Made by a program: the position numbers and the translations under genes. From positions 2,464,001-2,528,000 of the forward strand of contig CAXXJJ010000001.1 in the NCBI GenBank assembly GCA_963667015.2: 64,000 nucleotides of DNA, written 5' to 3'. Under the pieces are notes generated by a model. The model was not told the origin of the DNA. It ran no database searches and saw nothing but the letters and a program-made list of their open reading frames with translations. Origin of the DNA: Desulfatiglandales bacterium (GTDB taxonomy: Bacteria > Desulfobacterota > DSM-4660 > Desulfatiglandales > HGW-15). This document shows positions 50,036 to 60,153 of the stretch, piece after piece (within the stretch, counting starts at the first letter, position 1; the number at the start of each line of letters is the position of its first letter).

Positions 50036-52441
50036 TCACATTGAAATTTCACTTCGGTTTATAAGCTCATTCTGAAGATCTTCATACAGTTCAACAAAAT
50101 ATGCAGAAAAGCCTGCAACCCTTACAACCAGGTCCTTATAGTCATCAGGGTTAGCCTGTGCCTGTTTCAGTGTCTCGGCATCCACGATATTGTACTGCAG
50201 CTGCATTCCGCCCTGTTTGAAAAAACTCTGGATAAACTGTTTCATCTTTTCCGTTCCTCCCTGTCCTTCAATGGATGAAGGATGAAATTTCATATTGAAC
50301 TGAAGACCATTGCCATAATTGGATGGATTTAACGCAAGTACTGATCGTGCTACACCTGTCGGGCCGTTTTTTATAACCCCGTGGGAAGGGGAGGCCGAGT
50401 CAGAGATAGGCTGGCCGTTAAGTCTTCCGTCCGGTGTTGCCCATGTCATGTACCCGTGAAGCACATGTGCCCCGGCCGAATATATTCCGGGCCTGTATTT
50501 TCCCCGTGAGTTTTCGTAGGTATAGGTGCGGCCGGTGTAAAGGTCCGATACCCATGATGCAATTTCATCGGCGTATGGATCACCGTTCCCGTAGTGCGGG
50601 ACCTCGTTTATGACCTGCTGCCGCAGCAGTTCATAACCCTTCCAGTCTGCCATTACTGCATCATAAAGCTCCTTTGCAGTGCACAGCTTTTTGTCAAATA
50701 TCATGTATTTAATAGCCGAAAGGCTGTCAACAACAGAAGCGATTCCCAGAATGGCCGTGCCCGTGGAGTTATATTTCGCTCCACCCTGCATCATATCGCG
50801 GCCCTTTTCCATACAGCCGTCCATTGTGGCAGAGGCCATTGGTACAGGCATAAACTCGGCAACAATATCTCCCACAACATTGTTTATCCTGAAATGCCAG
50901 TCCATGAAATATTCAAGCTGTCTCTTAAAGGCATCCCTTACCTGGTTGAAGCTCTCCATTTCATAGAGGTATCCTGTCTCAAGGCCCCCCGGCTGATTAT
51001 TCTGGGGATTGATGCCGTTGTTTATGGCCTGAAGGAGTATGTTAATAATATTCATAAATCCCTGGGAGCAGGGTGAACTTACATTGGACCATTCACAGCC
51101 TGAACCTGAAAGTTCAACGCAGCCTATTACGCAGTAATTGCGTGCGTCCTCTATGGCGAGTCCCCGCCTGTGAAGGACATCGATAATCAGGTCGGCGTTT
51201 TCAATGCATGGGATGCCGTATACGATTTTTGATGTTTCGATTCCAGACTCTATCAGTTCCGCGGGTGAGTCATCATGAATGCCAAGAGACAGGGTAGGGT
51301 CATGGAGTTTTAACCTTGCTGCGGACTGTAGGCATAGAAAGGTTGCCTCATTTGTGGCATCACTGCCGTCCGGTTTTCTCCCTCCTATGGTAATGCGCAG
51401 GTTGTTGGAGTAGGAACCTGCAACACGGGTAATAATTATCGGCCCGCTGAAAAACAGATCCGCGGTCTTTATAAAAAAGCAGTCCATGAGTTCCTGGGCC
51501 TCATCCATGGTAAGCCTGCCAGTATCAAGATCGGTCTTAAGGTAATCTCCCGCATGCTGGTCAAGGCGGCCGATGGTTAGACCGAGATAATTTCCTTCTA
51601 TTAAAAGGATATACTGGTAGAGCAGGCATATCTGCAATGCATCGTGGAAATTGCGGGCAGGGTTTTCCATGATCCAGTCAAGGGAGTCTGCCATTTTTAA
51701 AAGCTCATCACGGCGTTTTACTTTGTTCAGTTCATCTGCCTGAACGCGGCATTCCTCTGCATAGCGTTTTGCCAGAAGGATGGCCGAATCACAGCTTATG
51801 ACTATTGCCTCATAAAAGGAGTGTTTCTCGTAATTATCATCTCCGGCACTGCCCTGCAGTTCTTTTATTTTATCCAGGGCTTCCTGTCTTATTGTACCAA
51901 AGCCCTTTTTCACTGCCTTGCGGTAGTTCGCATTGTAATGCCCTGCCGGATTACTTCCGTTAAATGTAGCGCTGATACCCACACCGGCAGTACCTATCTT
52001 ATCCACTCCTTCAGGCAGTCTGCCTGCAAACCTTGCTGCAAGGCAGTTCTCCTGCCAGTATTTCTCAACTGAATGTACATAGCTTCTGTCTTCCTCATCC
52101 ATGTACATAAACGCGTCATGTGCCTCCTTTTTGTCAAACAGCCCGCTGTCGAGTTCATCAACAAGCCATCCCAGCCCGCCAAATTCAGGCCATAAACAGC
52201 AGCCCCGGAAACTTTTTGCCATGTTGCCCACAAGCAGTTCATCGGGCTCCACCCTGACTGTCATATTTGCCAGTATCGCATGAAGCGCCTTTGCCTGACG
52301 TATTACAGGTACATCATCCCTGTTTTCTTTTAAGAATTCGGTAAGTATTCCTGCCCGCTCGGCATCAAGCGTGGGTACAGTATCCCTGTAGCGATTACGG
52401 AGTTTTTTAACACGCGGTGTGATGTCTCTTAGCTTAAACAT
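50036..52441 (-). CDS. Glycyl-radical enzyme (non-canonical PFL family), substrate unknown
   Basis: 801 aa; Cys loop IGCVE (single Cys, not the PFL CC), RVAGFSAYF glycyl loop. Confidence 0.92.
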   Translation of the reverse strand: MFKLRDITPRVKKLRNRYRDTVPTLDAERAGILTEFLKENRDDVPVIRQAKALHAILANMTVRVEPDELLVGNMAKSFRGCCLWPEFGGLGWLVDELDSGLFDKKEAHDAFMYMDEEDRSYVHSVEKYWQENCLAARFAGRLPEGVDKIGTAGVGISATFNGSNPAGHYNANYRKAVKKGFGTIRQEALDKIKELQGSAGDDNYEKHSFYEAIVISCDSAILLAKRYAEECRVQADELNKVKRRDELLKMADSLDWIMENPARNFHDALQICLLYQYILLIEGNYLGLTIGRLDQHAGDYLKTDLDTGRLTMDEAQELMDCFFIKTADLFFSGPIIITRVAGSYSNNLRITIGGRKPDGSDATNEATFLCLQSAARLKLHDPTLSLGIHDDSPAELIESGIETSKIVYGIPCIENADLIIDVLHRRGLAIEDARNYCVIGCVELSGSGCEWSNVSSPCSQGFMNIINILLQAINNGINPQNNQPGGLETGYLYEMESFNQVRDAFKRQLEYFMDWHFRINNVVGDIVAEFMPVPMASATMDGCMEKGRDMMQGGAKYNSTGTAILGIASVVDSLSAIKYMIFDKKLCTAKELYDAVMADWKGYELLRQQVINEVPHYGNGDPYADEIASWVSDLYTGRTYTYENSRGKYRPGIYSAGAHVLHGYMTWATPDGRLNGQPISDSASPSHGVIKNGPTGVARSVLALNPSNYGNGLQFNMKFHPSSIEGQGGTEKMKQFIQSFFKQGGMQLQYNIVDAETLKQAQANPDDYKDLVVRVAGFSAYFVELYEDLQNELINRSEISM

Positions 52442-52662
52442 AATTAAATACCTTTTTGTTATATATGGATAATAAAAATAATATTATTATCAAATATAAC
52501 CGTTTTATGTTACTTTAGCATGTCTAACTGCCTATTATTATTGAAATATTATTTAATTTCAACAGTAAAGTATTTTTGTGTACCAAAAGATTGACAAATA
52601 CTGACAGCTGTATTTACCTATGAAAGAGGTTATAAGCATTCAATAAAAAGGGAGGAATAAAA

Positions 52663-54384
52663 ATGACCGCAAATATAATTTCAGATGTAATGAATCCTGA
52701 AATCAACAGGGAAGGGGGAATGCCTGAAACCGCATATATGTCTTCTGAACATACGATCGCAGATCGTCCCGGGTCACTGGATAATAAGACCCTTTACCTT
52801 GTTGATACGGGATTCGGGGGCAGTTCAAGGTTTATGATACAGCTTCAGAAATGGTTTGCTGAGAATATGCCGACGGTAAAAACCGTGCGAAGAAGAAAGC
52901 CCGGCGGGCCTCTCATGGGATTTGCTCCCGAGCTATGGAATGAGATAAAGGAAAAGGGGGATGCCGCCATACTTGGGGTTGCAGGGTGACCCGGCTGTGT
53001 CGGAGGGGTCGCCTCCGGACGAAGGGAACTGGAAAGCATGGGAATTCCAACAGCACCCCTTTCAACCTTTGCATTTAAGGAGGCCGCTGAAGGCGGTTTT
53101 GGCGATGACACGCCCTTTATCTATACAAAACACCCGGTTGTTGGGTCGCCCGATGAGGTGCTCATGGATTATATTAAAGGTGAGGACCCGAATACCGGTA
53201 AAATTGTAATCGATGAAATAGTTGAGGCACTGACCACAAAACCGGAAAAAAGAGAGGTGAAGGATAAACCCCTTGGCAATGCTCAAAAGGGATTTTTAAA
53301 ACCGGATACGGAAGATAATCTGCAGGATCTTTTTTATGAAATGGGCTGGACAGACGGCCTGCCGGTCATTCTTCCTACACAGGAGCGTGTTCAAAGGATG
53401 CTGGCCGGAACAAGCGCCTCACCTGATGATATCGTGTCAGAACCCGGTCCCTTTAATCCCGTAAGGGTTTCGGTCCTTGATGTTGCACGGGTAGCCGTAA
53501 TGGCCGGGGCAAGGCCCGAATATTTCCCGGTTATCCTTGCCATAGCCGCAACCGGTGAACGTGCAATCCTGGGGTCAACCACACCCTTTGCATGCATGAT
53601 CGTGGTTAACGGCCCCATAAGAAATGAAATCAAGATGAACTCGGGTATCGGAGCCTTTAACCCTGTTACCATGGCTAACTCTACAATCGGAAGGGCCTGG
53701 ACCCTGCTGGGGCATGCAACTGGCGGAAATAAAAAGAAGGTAACACTCTGGGCATCACAGGGAAATGGTATATCATATAATAACCTCTGCATTGCGGAGA
53801 ATGAAGAAAGAAGCGTCTGGGAGCCCTTCCATGTACAGAAGGGTTTTAAACCCGAGGAAAATGTTGTGAGTATTTTCAGGGGATGGACCTTCAGTCACAG
53901 CATGGGGGCCGCATCCCTGAGATCCCATGCAGAAGAGGTCGCTATACTTTTACAGGCCTTTTCAGCTTATAGTGCATCTGCCACCATAGTTATAGATCCT
54001 TCAGCTGCCAAAATTGTAAAGGAAAACGAAGGGTGCAGTACCAAAGAGGATTTCAGCAGGCGTATATCCGAAACGGCTGAAATGACCGCGGATCGCTTCT
54101 GGAAGACAGACTATGTTGATTTTTTAACAGGGCCCCAGGCGGATAAAGGTGTAGAGCCCTATGCATCATGGAAAAAGTTCTCCGGGGATTCAATCATAAA
54201 GCCTTACCACGATCCTGAAAAAATCAATATAATCGTGACCGGCGGCGAAACCGGTCCCTTTTTCAAGGCATGCGATTTCGGATATGTAACCAGTTCATCA
54301 ATAGATAAATGGAAAGTAAAATCCGATGACATGTGCTCTGACGGGTCCTGCGGTCTTCCTGATGACATGATTGATTATGATTAA
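52663..54384 (+). CDS. UGSC-like (seleno)protein, predicted Sec at codon 109 (UxxC), 573 aa
   Basis: ORFs 52663-52989 and 53038-54384 are in frame, separated only by TGA 52987-52989; read-through gives GVAG-U-PGC; SECIS-like hairpin follows; GWTDGLPVILPT in the C-terminal domain; GGGAGG RBS only at the upstream start. Confidence 0.8.
52990..53026 (+). promoter_or_regulatory. Putative bacterial SECIS element
   Basis: Stem CGGAGG/CCTCCG with loop GGTCG beginning 18 nt after the UGA; extension GT/AC; basal CCC/GGG. Confidence 0.65.
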
Positions 54385-54410
54385 CCGGTCTCGAGGTAGA
54401 GCACTAATTA

Positions 54411-54439
54411 TTGACAGACAAAGAATCCGAATCTAGAAT
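54411..54439 (+). promoter_or_regulatory. Sigma70 promoter
   Basis: TTGACA-17 nt-TAGAAT. Confidence 0.7.
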
Positions 54440-54462
54440 GCAGTCGATTTTACATAACTAAT

Positions 54463-54900
54463 ATGAAGGAGAATAGTCAGTTGAAAAAAACAGCCCGTAG
54501 TCTGCACATATTATTGTCTTCTGCTGCAGCATTATTTATAGCGCTTTCGCCGATTATTCACGGGCTTCATCTGGCAACTGCTTCTCACCACCATGATTGT
54601 TGCAATGTATGTATAGAGACCCATTCAGCCCCTGGCAGCGGTAATTCTCACAGTTATCGGGTCAGCAGGGATTTTAGTATATCAGCCTTTTCAAAGGAGG
54701 GCAGTTCTGAAGGGCATAACCCTGATACATGTCCTCTTTGCCGGCAGTTTACTCAACTGCTTAAAAATCAGATCGTCCTGCAAAGTTATATGCCAACCGT
54801 TCTGCAGGACAGTTTACCCGAGGAGTATGTTGATTTCCCCCGGCATTACTACCTCATAAGCTTTAGCAATATCATACCAAGGGCTCCTCCTACATGCTGA
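54463..54900 (+). CDS. DUF2946/CruR-like leader protein (His-rich, CxxC, RAPP)
   Basis: N-terminal hydrophobic helix, HHHDCCNVC, HNPDTCPLC, C-terminal PRAPPTC. Confidence 0.75.
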   Translation: MKENSQLKKTARSLHILLSSAAALFIALSPIIHGLHLATASHHHDCCNVCIETHSAPGSGNSHSYRVSRDFSISAFSKEGSSEGHNPDTCPLCRQFTQLLKNQIVLQSYMPTVLQDSLPEEYVDFPRHYYLISFSNIIPRAPPTC

Positions 54901-55173
54901 TTGTTTTAAAAAACAATATATAAAATTCGATTTGAGAAGGGGAGATTTTAATCTGTTCCGGGATACCGGCAGGATTAGAGCTCAGTCTATAACTGTATAC
55001 ACCCCGCATTTTTATGTGGAGCTGTATCCTTTACAGGGATCAGTCTGCTTTATGAGGGTCTTTATTTTTTCTGTTTGCTACCTATTAAGCTTAATAACAG
55101 AATTATCGGATCTACTAAAGTGAATATCTATCCTTATCTAATTATACATGAATCATTTGAAGGAGTTAGGATT

Positions 55174-57198
55174 ATGAAAAGATTATTTGTATTTATTGCG
55201 GCATTGCTGTGCTGCACATTATTTATTTATGCCGAAGATATCTATACACTTCCGCAGATAGTGGTGACACCGACCGGATCTGAGAAAGATGTGTTTGATA
55301 CATCTTTACCCGTTAACCTGTTAGTGAGCCGCGAGCTGGAGGAGAAGGTCGCTTTCTCAGTGGCAGAGATCTTTCAGAAGGAACCCGGAGTGGACGTGGT
55401 GACCACTGGGCCGGGAAGTGTGCACCCCATGATTCGCGGGCTATACGGCGAGCGGGTTCTCGTTCTCGTCAATAGTGTGCGCCTTTCTGAACAGCGGCCA
55501 GGAGGTAACCATGTATTTTCATTCGATCCTGCTCAGATTGAGCGTGTTGAAGTGGTGCGCGGTCCGGCTTCGGTGCTCTATGGTTCCGATGCGATCGGTG
55601 GCGTGATCAACTTCATCACCAAGAAGGCCGGCGAGAAATTCGCACCCGAAACCCGTTTCGGCGGAGATGTCGATGTTCAGTATGAGGGAGCAACAGACGG
55701 CTGGAAGGAGTCTGCGCACCTGCGATTTGGTAAGGGCAGTTTCAACGGATATGTCGGTGGAACCTATAAGGACACAGGTAATATCGAAACCACGGAAGGC
55801 GAGTTGTCGAACAGCTTTTACGATGGCTACACGGTCTGGGCCGGCGGTAATTACATCACTGACAAATGGAAAACCTATGCAGATTTTTCGCTCATGGAAG
55901 CGGACTTAGGAATTCCCGGTCCCGCGGCCTTTGCAGAGGACTACTTTAAAGGCGAAAAGCATCAGAGTCTTACTCTCGGTTTTGCAGCTAATGAGTTCGC
56001 TGACACTACTGAGGGCTTCAGCGTTGATTTCGGATGGCAGCAGCATAACAGACATCGTTACCGCCGCAAAACGGACGCCATCCCGCCTTTCCTTCAGGGA
56101 GACCTCGAAGTCAACATCTGGCTAGACATCGATACCTATACACTCAAGCCGCAAATGGTTTTCGTTCCCAACGACACGCACCGGTTAACGTTGGGGCTGG
56201 ACACCTTCTATGAAGATGCAACGTCCGACCGCACAATCAGGGATAGTGCTTCGTCATGGGTGAACCCGGGTTTCGACAAGGTTCCTGTCATACCCGATTC
56301 AACACGAAAGGGTTTTGGTTTTTTTGTGCAGGATGAAATTGTGCACGGCGATCGCTGGGTAATCACACCGGGTCTTCGCGCAGACTGGATCAAGGCAGAG
56401 ACAGACGGGCATCCGCGTCACCAGTTGACCGCTAAAGAGACCTCTGATAGCAGTGCGGTGAGTGGAAATCTCGGACTGCTATACAAGGTGAGTAATGAAA
56501 TCAACCTCTATGGTAATGTGGGCCGTGCGTTTCGCTCACCAACTTTGCTGGAACTATACTTTTATGGACCACACGATGTCGGTAATGACATTGGTGATCC
56601 GGACCTTGATCCCGAAACGAGCTGGAACTTCGATATCGGACTGAAAACCCGTACAGACCGGCTGCAAACTACGGTCAGCGCCTTCTACAATATTGTCGAT
56701 GACTACATTATCAAGGAAAACCAGGGTGATGGAAACTACCGCTATATGAACTATGCCTCTGTTTCGCTGTACGGTGTAGAAGCCGGGTTGGACTACAAAT
56801 TGAGCAGCGCATTATCTACATTCGCTTCCATCTCATATGTGAGAGGAGAGAATGACGATACAGGAGTCAATCTTACGGGGGTTCCACCGTTGAAAGCCAC
56901 TTACGGGCTTCGATACGAAGCGGCATTAGACGTGTCAAAGAGTCTCTGGATTGAGGTGGCCGGATTGACTGCATCCGACCAGGATAAGACCGGTCCGAAC
57001 GAGCTAAATACCGAAGGTTACACGCGAGGTGACTTTCGCATCGGGCTCGACCTCGGCAATAAATGGAGCTTTGCTGCTGTGGCTGAGAACTTCACCGACA
57101 AATTGTACCAGGATCATCTCTCTTCATCCTGGCAGGAATTCCAGCTGAACGACCAACCCGGTCGGAATATTAAGGTAATGATCAAGGCGAGGTTCTGA
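55174..57198 (+). CDS. TonB-dependent receptor
   Basis: Signal peptide, IVVT TonB box, IRGL, VEVVRGPASVLYGSDAIGGVIN, terminal Phe; start moved to ATG 55174 behind AGGAG. Confidence 0.93.
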   Translation: MKRLFVFIAALLCCTLFIYAEDIYTLPQIVVTPTGSEKDVFDTSLPVNLLVSRELEEKVAFSVAEIFQKEPGVDVVTTGPGSVHPMIRGLYGERVLVLVNSVRLSEQRPGGNHVFSFDPAQIERVEVVRGPASVLYGSDAIGGVINFITKKAGEKFAPETRFGGDVDVQYEGATDGWKESAHLRFGKGSFNGYVGGTYKDTGNIETTEGELSNSFYDGYTVWAGGNYITDKWKTYADFSLMEADLGIPGPAAFAEDYFKGEKHQSLTLGFAANEFADTTEGFSVDFGWQQHNRHRYRRKTDAIPPFLQGDLEVNIWLDIDTYTLKPQMVFVPNDTHRLTLGLDTFYEDATSDRTIRDSASSWVNPGFDKVPVIPDSTRKGFGFFVQDEIVHGDRWVITPGLRADWIKAETDGHPRHQLTAKETSDSSAVSGNLGLLYKVSNEINLYGNVGRAFRSPTLLELYFYGPHDVGNDIGDPDLDPETSWNFDIGLKTRTDRLQTTVSAFYNIVDDYIIKENQGDGNYRYMNYASVSLYGVEAGLDYKLSSALSTFASISYVRGENDDTGVNLTGVPPLKATYGLRYEAALDVSKSLWIEVAGLTASDQDKTGPNELNTEGYTRGDFRIGLDLGNKWSFAAVAENFTDKLYQDHLSSSWQEFQLNDQPGRNIKVMIKARF

Positions 57199-57344
57199 TC
57201 GATGTCCTGGGGCCTCCACAGTAACGACCAGGAAATCAGGAGGGGAGATAAATAATTTAAAGTATATCGGAGGGGGTCGGGCGGACGCGGCCTCTTCCAA
57301 TACCATGTTGAGCCTTCGGAGCCTAAAGCTTGATAGTCACTCCG

Positions 57345-57506
57345 CTAATCCTGTTTCTTAACCATGTCTTTATCGCAACACCGGAGAGGCACATTGCATG
57401 ATCCGTCTTCACTTCCACATGCACAGGTTTTTGTAACCTGTAATTCCAGGTTGCATGATTCACATTTGTAAATGTCTCCTTTTTTCATGTCACTGCAATT
57501 GGCCAT
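57345..57506 (-). CDS. 53-aa Cys-rich metal-binding microprotein (desulforedoxin-like)
   Basis: MANCSDMKKGDIYKCESCNLELQVTKTCACGSEDGSCNVPLRCCDKDMVKKQD; AGGAGG RBS; below the ORF-track cutoff. Confidence 0.8.
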   Translation of the reverse strand: MANCSDMKKGDIYKCESCNLELQVTKTCACGSEDGSCNVPLRCCDKDMVKKQD

Positions 57507-57718
57507 AAATAAACCTCCTGTTTTATTGTTTCAAGACTTCTGATTCTATCTGAACAGTCCTATCCCGGATATGATAATATGTGTTATTCTACTATTTTTT
57601 CGGATCAATAACTATTATTATTTTTTATAATATTTAAATAGCAATTGATTATTAGCGTTAAATTTATTAATTTTTCAGGTATTCATAATAAAAAATATAA
57701 TTATTCGCAGAGGAAGAT

Positions 57719-57913
57719 ATGGGCAGAAAAGTATGTATAAACGAGGATGAATGTATCGGGTGCGGCAGCTGTGCCGATATGTGCCCCGATGTATTTGAGA
57801 TGAACCATGAGCTGGAAAAGTCATTTGTAATAAAGGCAGAAGGGGGTGATGAAGACTGCATTCTTGATGCCATGGGCGAATGCCCCATGTCCTGTATATA
57901 CTGGGACGATTAA
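57719..57913 (+). CDS. Single-cluster [4Fe-4S] ferredoxin
   Basis: CIGCGSC...CP..CI; GAGG RBS. Confidence 0.92.
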   Translation: MGRKVCINEDECIGCGSCADMCPDVFEMNHELEKSFVIKAEGGDEDCILDAMGECPMSCIYWDD

Positions 57914-58038
57914 TCTGCAAAAGATATTATCGGTATTTTTAACTATGGGTTAAGGCAATCTGTTGATTTTGATTTATTAGGTATTAACTTAACTGATATT
58001 TTAATCCCGTTTAAATATTCTTAAGGAGGATATAAAAC

Positions 58039-58356
58039 ATGACAGAAAAAAATCTGCCTGAAACATTCAAATCAATAGTGGATAAATATCCTGAAGTCTG
58101 GGACGCCCATGAAAAGCTTACAATTGCCTGCGCTGAAGCAGGTCCGCTGGATCGAAAGACCTCCGAGCTGATCAAGGTAGGAATCTGTATAGGAAGCGGT
58201 CTTCAGACCGCAACCCAGCGCCATGCGATTATGGCTGTTGAGAATGGCGCAACAAAGGATGAGGTTTATCACACTGCACTCATGGCAATGACCACTCTGG
58301 GGCACCCGAGGGCTGTTGCAGGATGGAAATGGATTCATGATGCACTGGAAGGCTAA
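58039..58356 (+). CDS. Carboxymuconolactone decarboxylase (CMD/AhpD-like) family protein
   Basis: GPLDRKTSELI, HA..A..NGATKDE, TTLGHP. Confidence 0.85.
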   Translation: MTEKNLPETFKSIVDKYPEVWDAHEKLTIACAEAGPLDRKTSELIKVGICIGSGLQTATQRHAIMAVENGATKDEVYHTALMAMTTLGHPRAVAGWKWIHDALEG

Positions 58357-58364
58357 TTTGAAAT

Positions 58365-58904
58365 ATGCTTGATATAAATAACACGGTACTGACAATAATA
58401 GATATTCAGGGAAATCTTGCTCATGCCATGCACGATAAAGAGTCCCTCTTTAAGGGGCTCAAACAGCTGATAAAGGGTTTTACAGCCCTTGATATACCGA
58501 TAATGCTGACAGAGCAGAATCCAAAGGGACTTGGACCGACCCTCCCTGAAATAAAAGAGCTGTTGCCGGATGTAACTGCAATTACCAAAATGAGTTTCAG
58601 CTGCTGTGATGAAAAGGCATATATGGATGCTGTCAGTGCCCTTGGAAAAAAACAGGTGCTTGTTGCCGGCATAGAAGGCCACATATGCGTTTATCAGACC
58701 GCTGCTGCTCTTTTTGATATGGGCTATGAAGTGCAGGTTGTTGCTGATGCAGTAGCATCCAGGTTTCCGGAAAACAGAAAACTGGCCCTTAAAAAAATGA
58801 GCATCATGGGTATTGGAATGACCACCGTGGAGATGGCCCTTTTTGAACTGCTTAAAACCGCAGATCACGAAAAATTCAGGGAAATAGTGAAAATAATTAA
58901 GTGA
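58365..58904 (+). CDS. Isochorismatase-family hydrolase
   Basis: IDIQG, TEQNPKGLG, KMSFSC, GIEGHICVYQT. Confidence 0.9.
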   Translation: MLDINNTVLTIIDIQGNLAHAMHDKESLFKGLKQLIKGFTALDIPIMLTEQNPKGLGPTLPEIKELLPDVTAITKMSFSCCDEKAYMDAVSALGKKQVLVAGIEGHICVYQTAAALFDMGYEVQVVADAVASRFPENRKLALKKMSIMGIGMTTVEMALFELLKTADHEKFREIVKIIK

Positions 58905-58997
58905 ACGGCCCCGCAGCACCGATAAACCGGAATTCCCGCCTTGCTTTAAAAGGCAGGGGGGTATCGGCACCTGCGTTTCTCAGGAAAGGAAAATACA

Positions 58998-59414
58998 TTG
59001 CTTAAAACGGGGACCCTTATCCGCTGGCTGATTCTTACCGCAGCAATAATGTTTACCTCATACATCCTTGACGGCATTCAGGTATCAGGGTTTTTCAGTG
59101 CCCTTCTGGCGGCAGCAATTTTAAGTGTCCTTAATGTGTTTTTAAGGCCCGTTTTGATTCTTCTGACTCTTCCCTTTAACATCCTCACCCTGGGACTGTT
59201 CACCTTTGTAATTAATGCCATCCTGCTCATGATGGTATCCGGGGTAATATCCGGATTTACTGTCAGGGATTTCAGTTCTGCCCTCTTTGGATCCTTGCTT
59301 ATAAGTATTGTAAATGCAGTTCTGGGTTTATTTGTTGCTGATGACAGAAAAAGGCATAAAAAGAACAGCCATACAATCGAAATGAAAAGGACCAAAGATG
59401 ACAGGTGGGAATAA
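58998..59414 (+). CDS. YvlD/DUF360 4-TM membrane protein (phage holin family)
   Basis: RPVLILLTLPFNILTLGLFTFVINA. Confidence 0.85.
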   Translation: MLKTGTLIRWLILTAAIMFTSYILDGIQVSGFFSALLAAAILSVLNVFLRPVLILLTLPFNILTLGLFTFVINAILLMMVSGVISGFTVRDFSSALFGSLLISIVNAVLGLFVADDRKRHKKNSHTIEMKRTKDDRWE

Positions 59415-59523
59415 TCACCTGATATTTTTACATTGTCAGGTACTGCTTGGTACCTGTTTCAGCCTGATGTCGAATAAGTTCTGACAGTTTAACCCTGAAA
59501 CGTCAGTTTCAGGGTTGCTATGG

Positions 59524-60063
59524 TTATTTATCCCAGTCGTCCTCCAGGCATTTTCTGCAGGCATCACATTTCTTGTTTTCATCATATACGCATTGACCGG
59601 GGCCGTTATAATAGAGCTCTTTTCCATTATATACACCGCCGAATATCCCCTGCATGCATGCTGCCTGGAAAAAAATCGGTTTGTCAACGCGTTTGAAATT
59701 GAGGGGGCAGTGCAGAACTCCGGGAGGTATACGTACAATCGTTGGCTTTGTTATTATATACTCTTCCATCTCTTCACCCATGCAGAGTGATATTTCTGCA
59801 TCAAAATCAAACACGTTCGGGAAGGTGCCGCCCAGGAAGATGAGGTATTCTTCAACCGGATGAATATGTGGAGTCCTGTCCAGAAAAAAGGGCTTTACAA
59901 ATATCTGAAAGCCGACATTGTATTTTGATCCCGGTATCTGGCATGCCCCCCTGAAATAGGCCTGGGGAGAATATACAAAATCGGTTCCCACGCCCTCGGC
60001 TGCGGCCTCGTTGTATTCAGGTTTGAACTCGTAGACAAGTTTTTCATATTTTCTTTCGCTCAT
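59524..60063 (-). CDS. Cupin-like protein with C-terminal Cys cluster
   Basis: PHIH..EEYL..LG, IPPGVLHCP; terminal C-x7-CDACRKC. Confidence 0.6.
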   Translation of the reverse strand: MSERKYEKLVYEFKPEYNEAAAEGVGTDFVYSPQAYFRGACQIPGSKYNVGFQIFVKPFFLDRTPHIHPVEEYLIFLGGTFPNVFDFDAEISLCMGEEMEEYIITKPTIVRIPPGVLHCPLNFKRVDKPIFFQAACMQGIFGGVYNGKELYYNGPGQCVYDENKKCDACRKCLEDDWDK

Positions 60064-60153
60064 GATGGTATTCCTTTCCGAACAGTATTTTTTTAGAGAT
60101 GATGATAGATCTAGTAACTATCTAAAATTCTGAGGGCATAAAAGTCAACCTTA

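Noticed and set aside
57200..57344. GC-rich stretch with small hairpins; possible ncRNA or riboswitch
   Set aside because: Lies between convergent 3' ends and matches no motif I can recognise; needs an Rfam/Infernal search
58998..59414. Prophage suggested by a 'phage holin family' gene
   Set aside because: YvlD-type proteins are common chromosomal membrane proteins, and no phage genes are nearby
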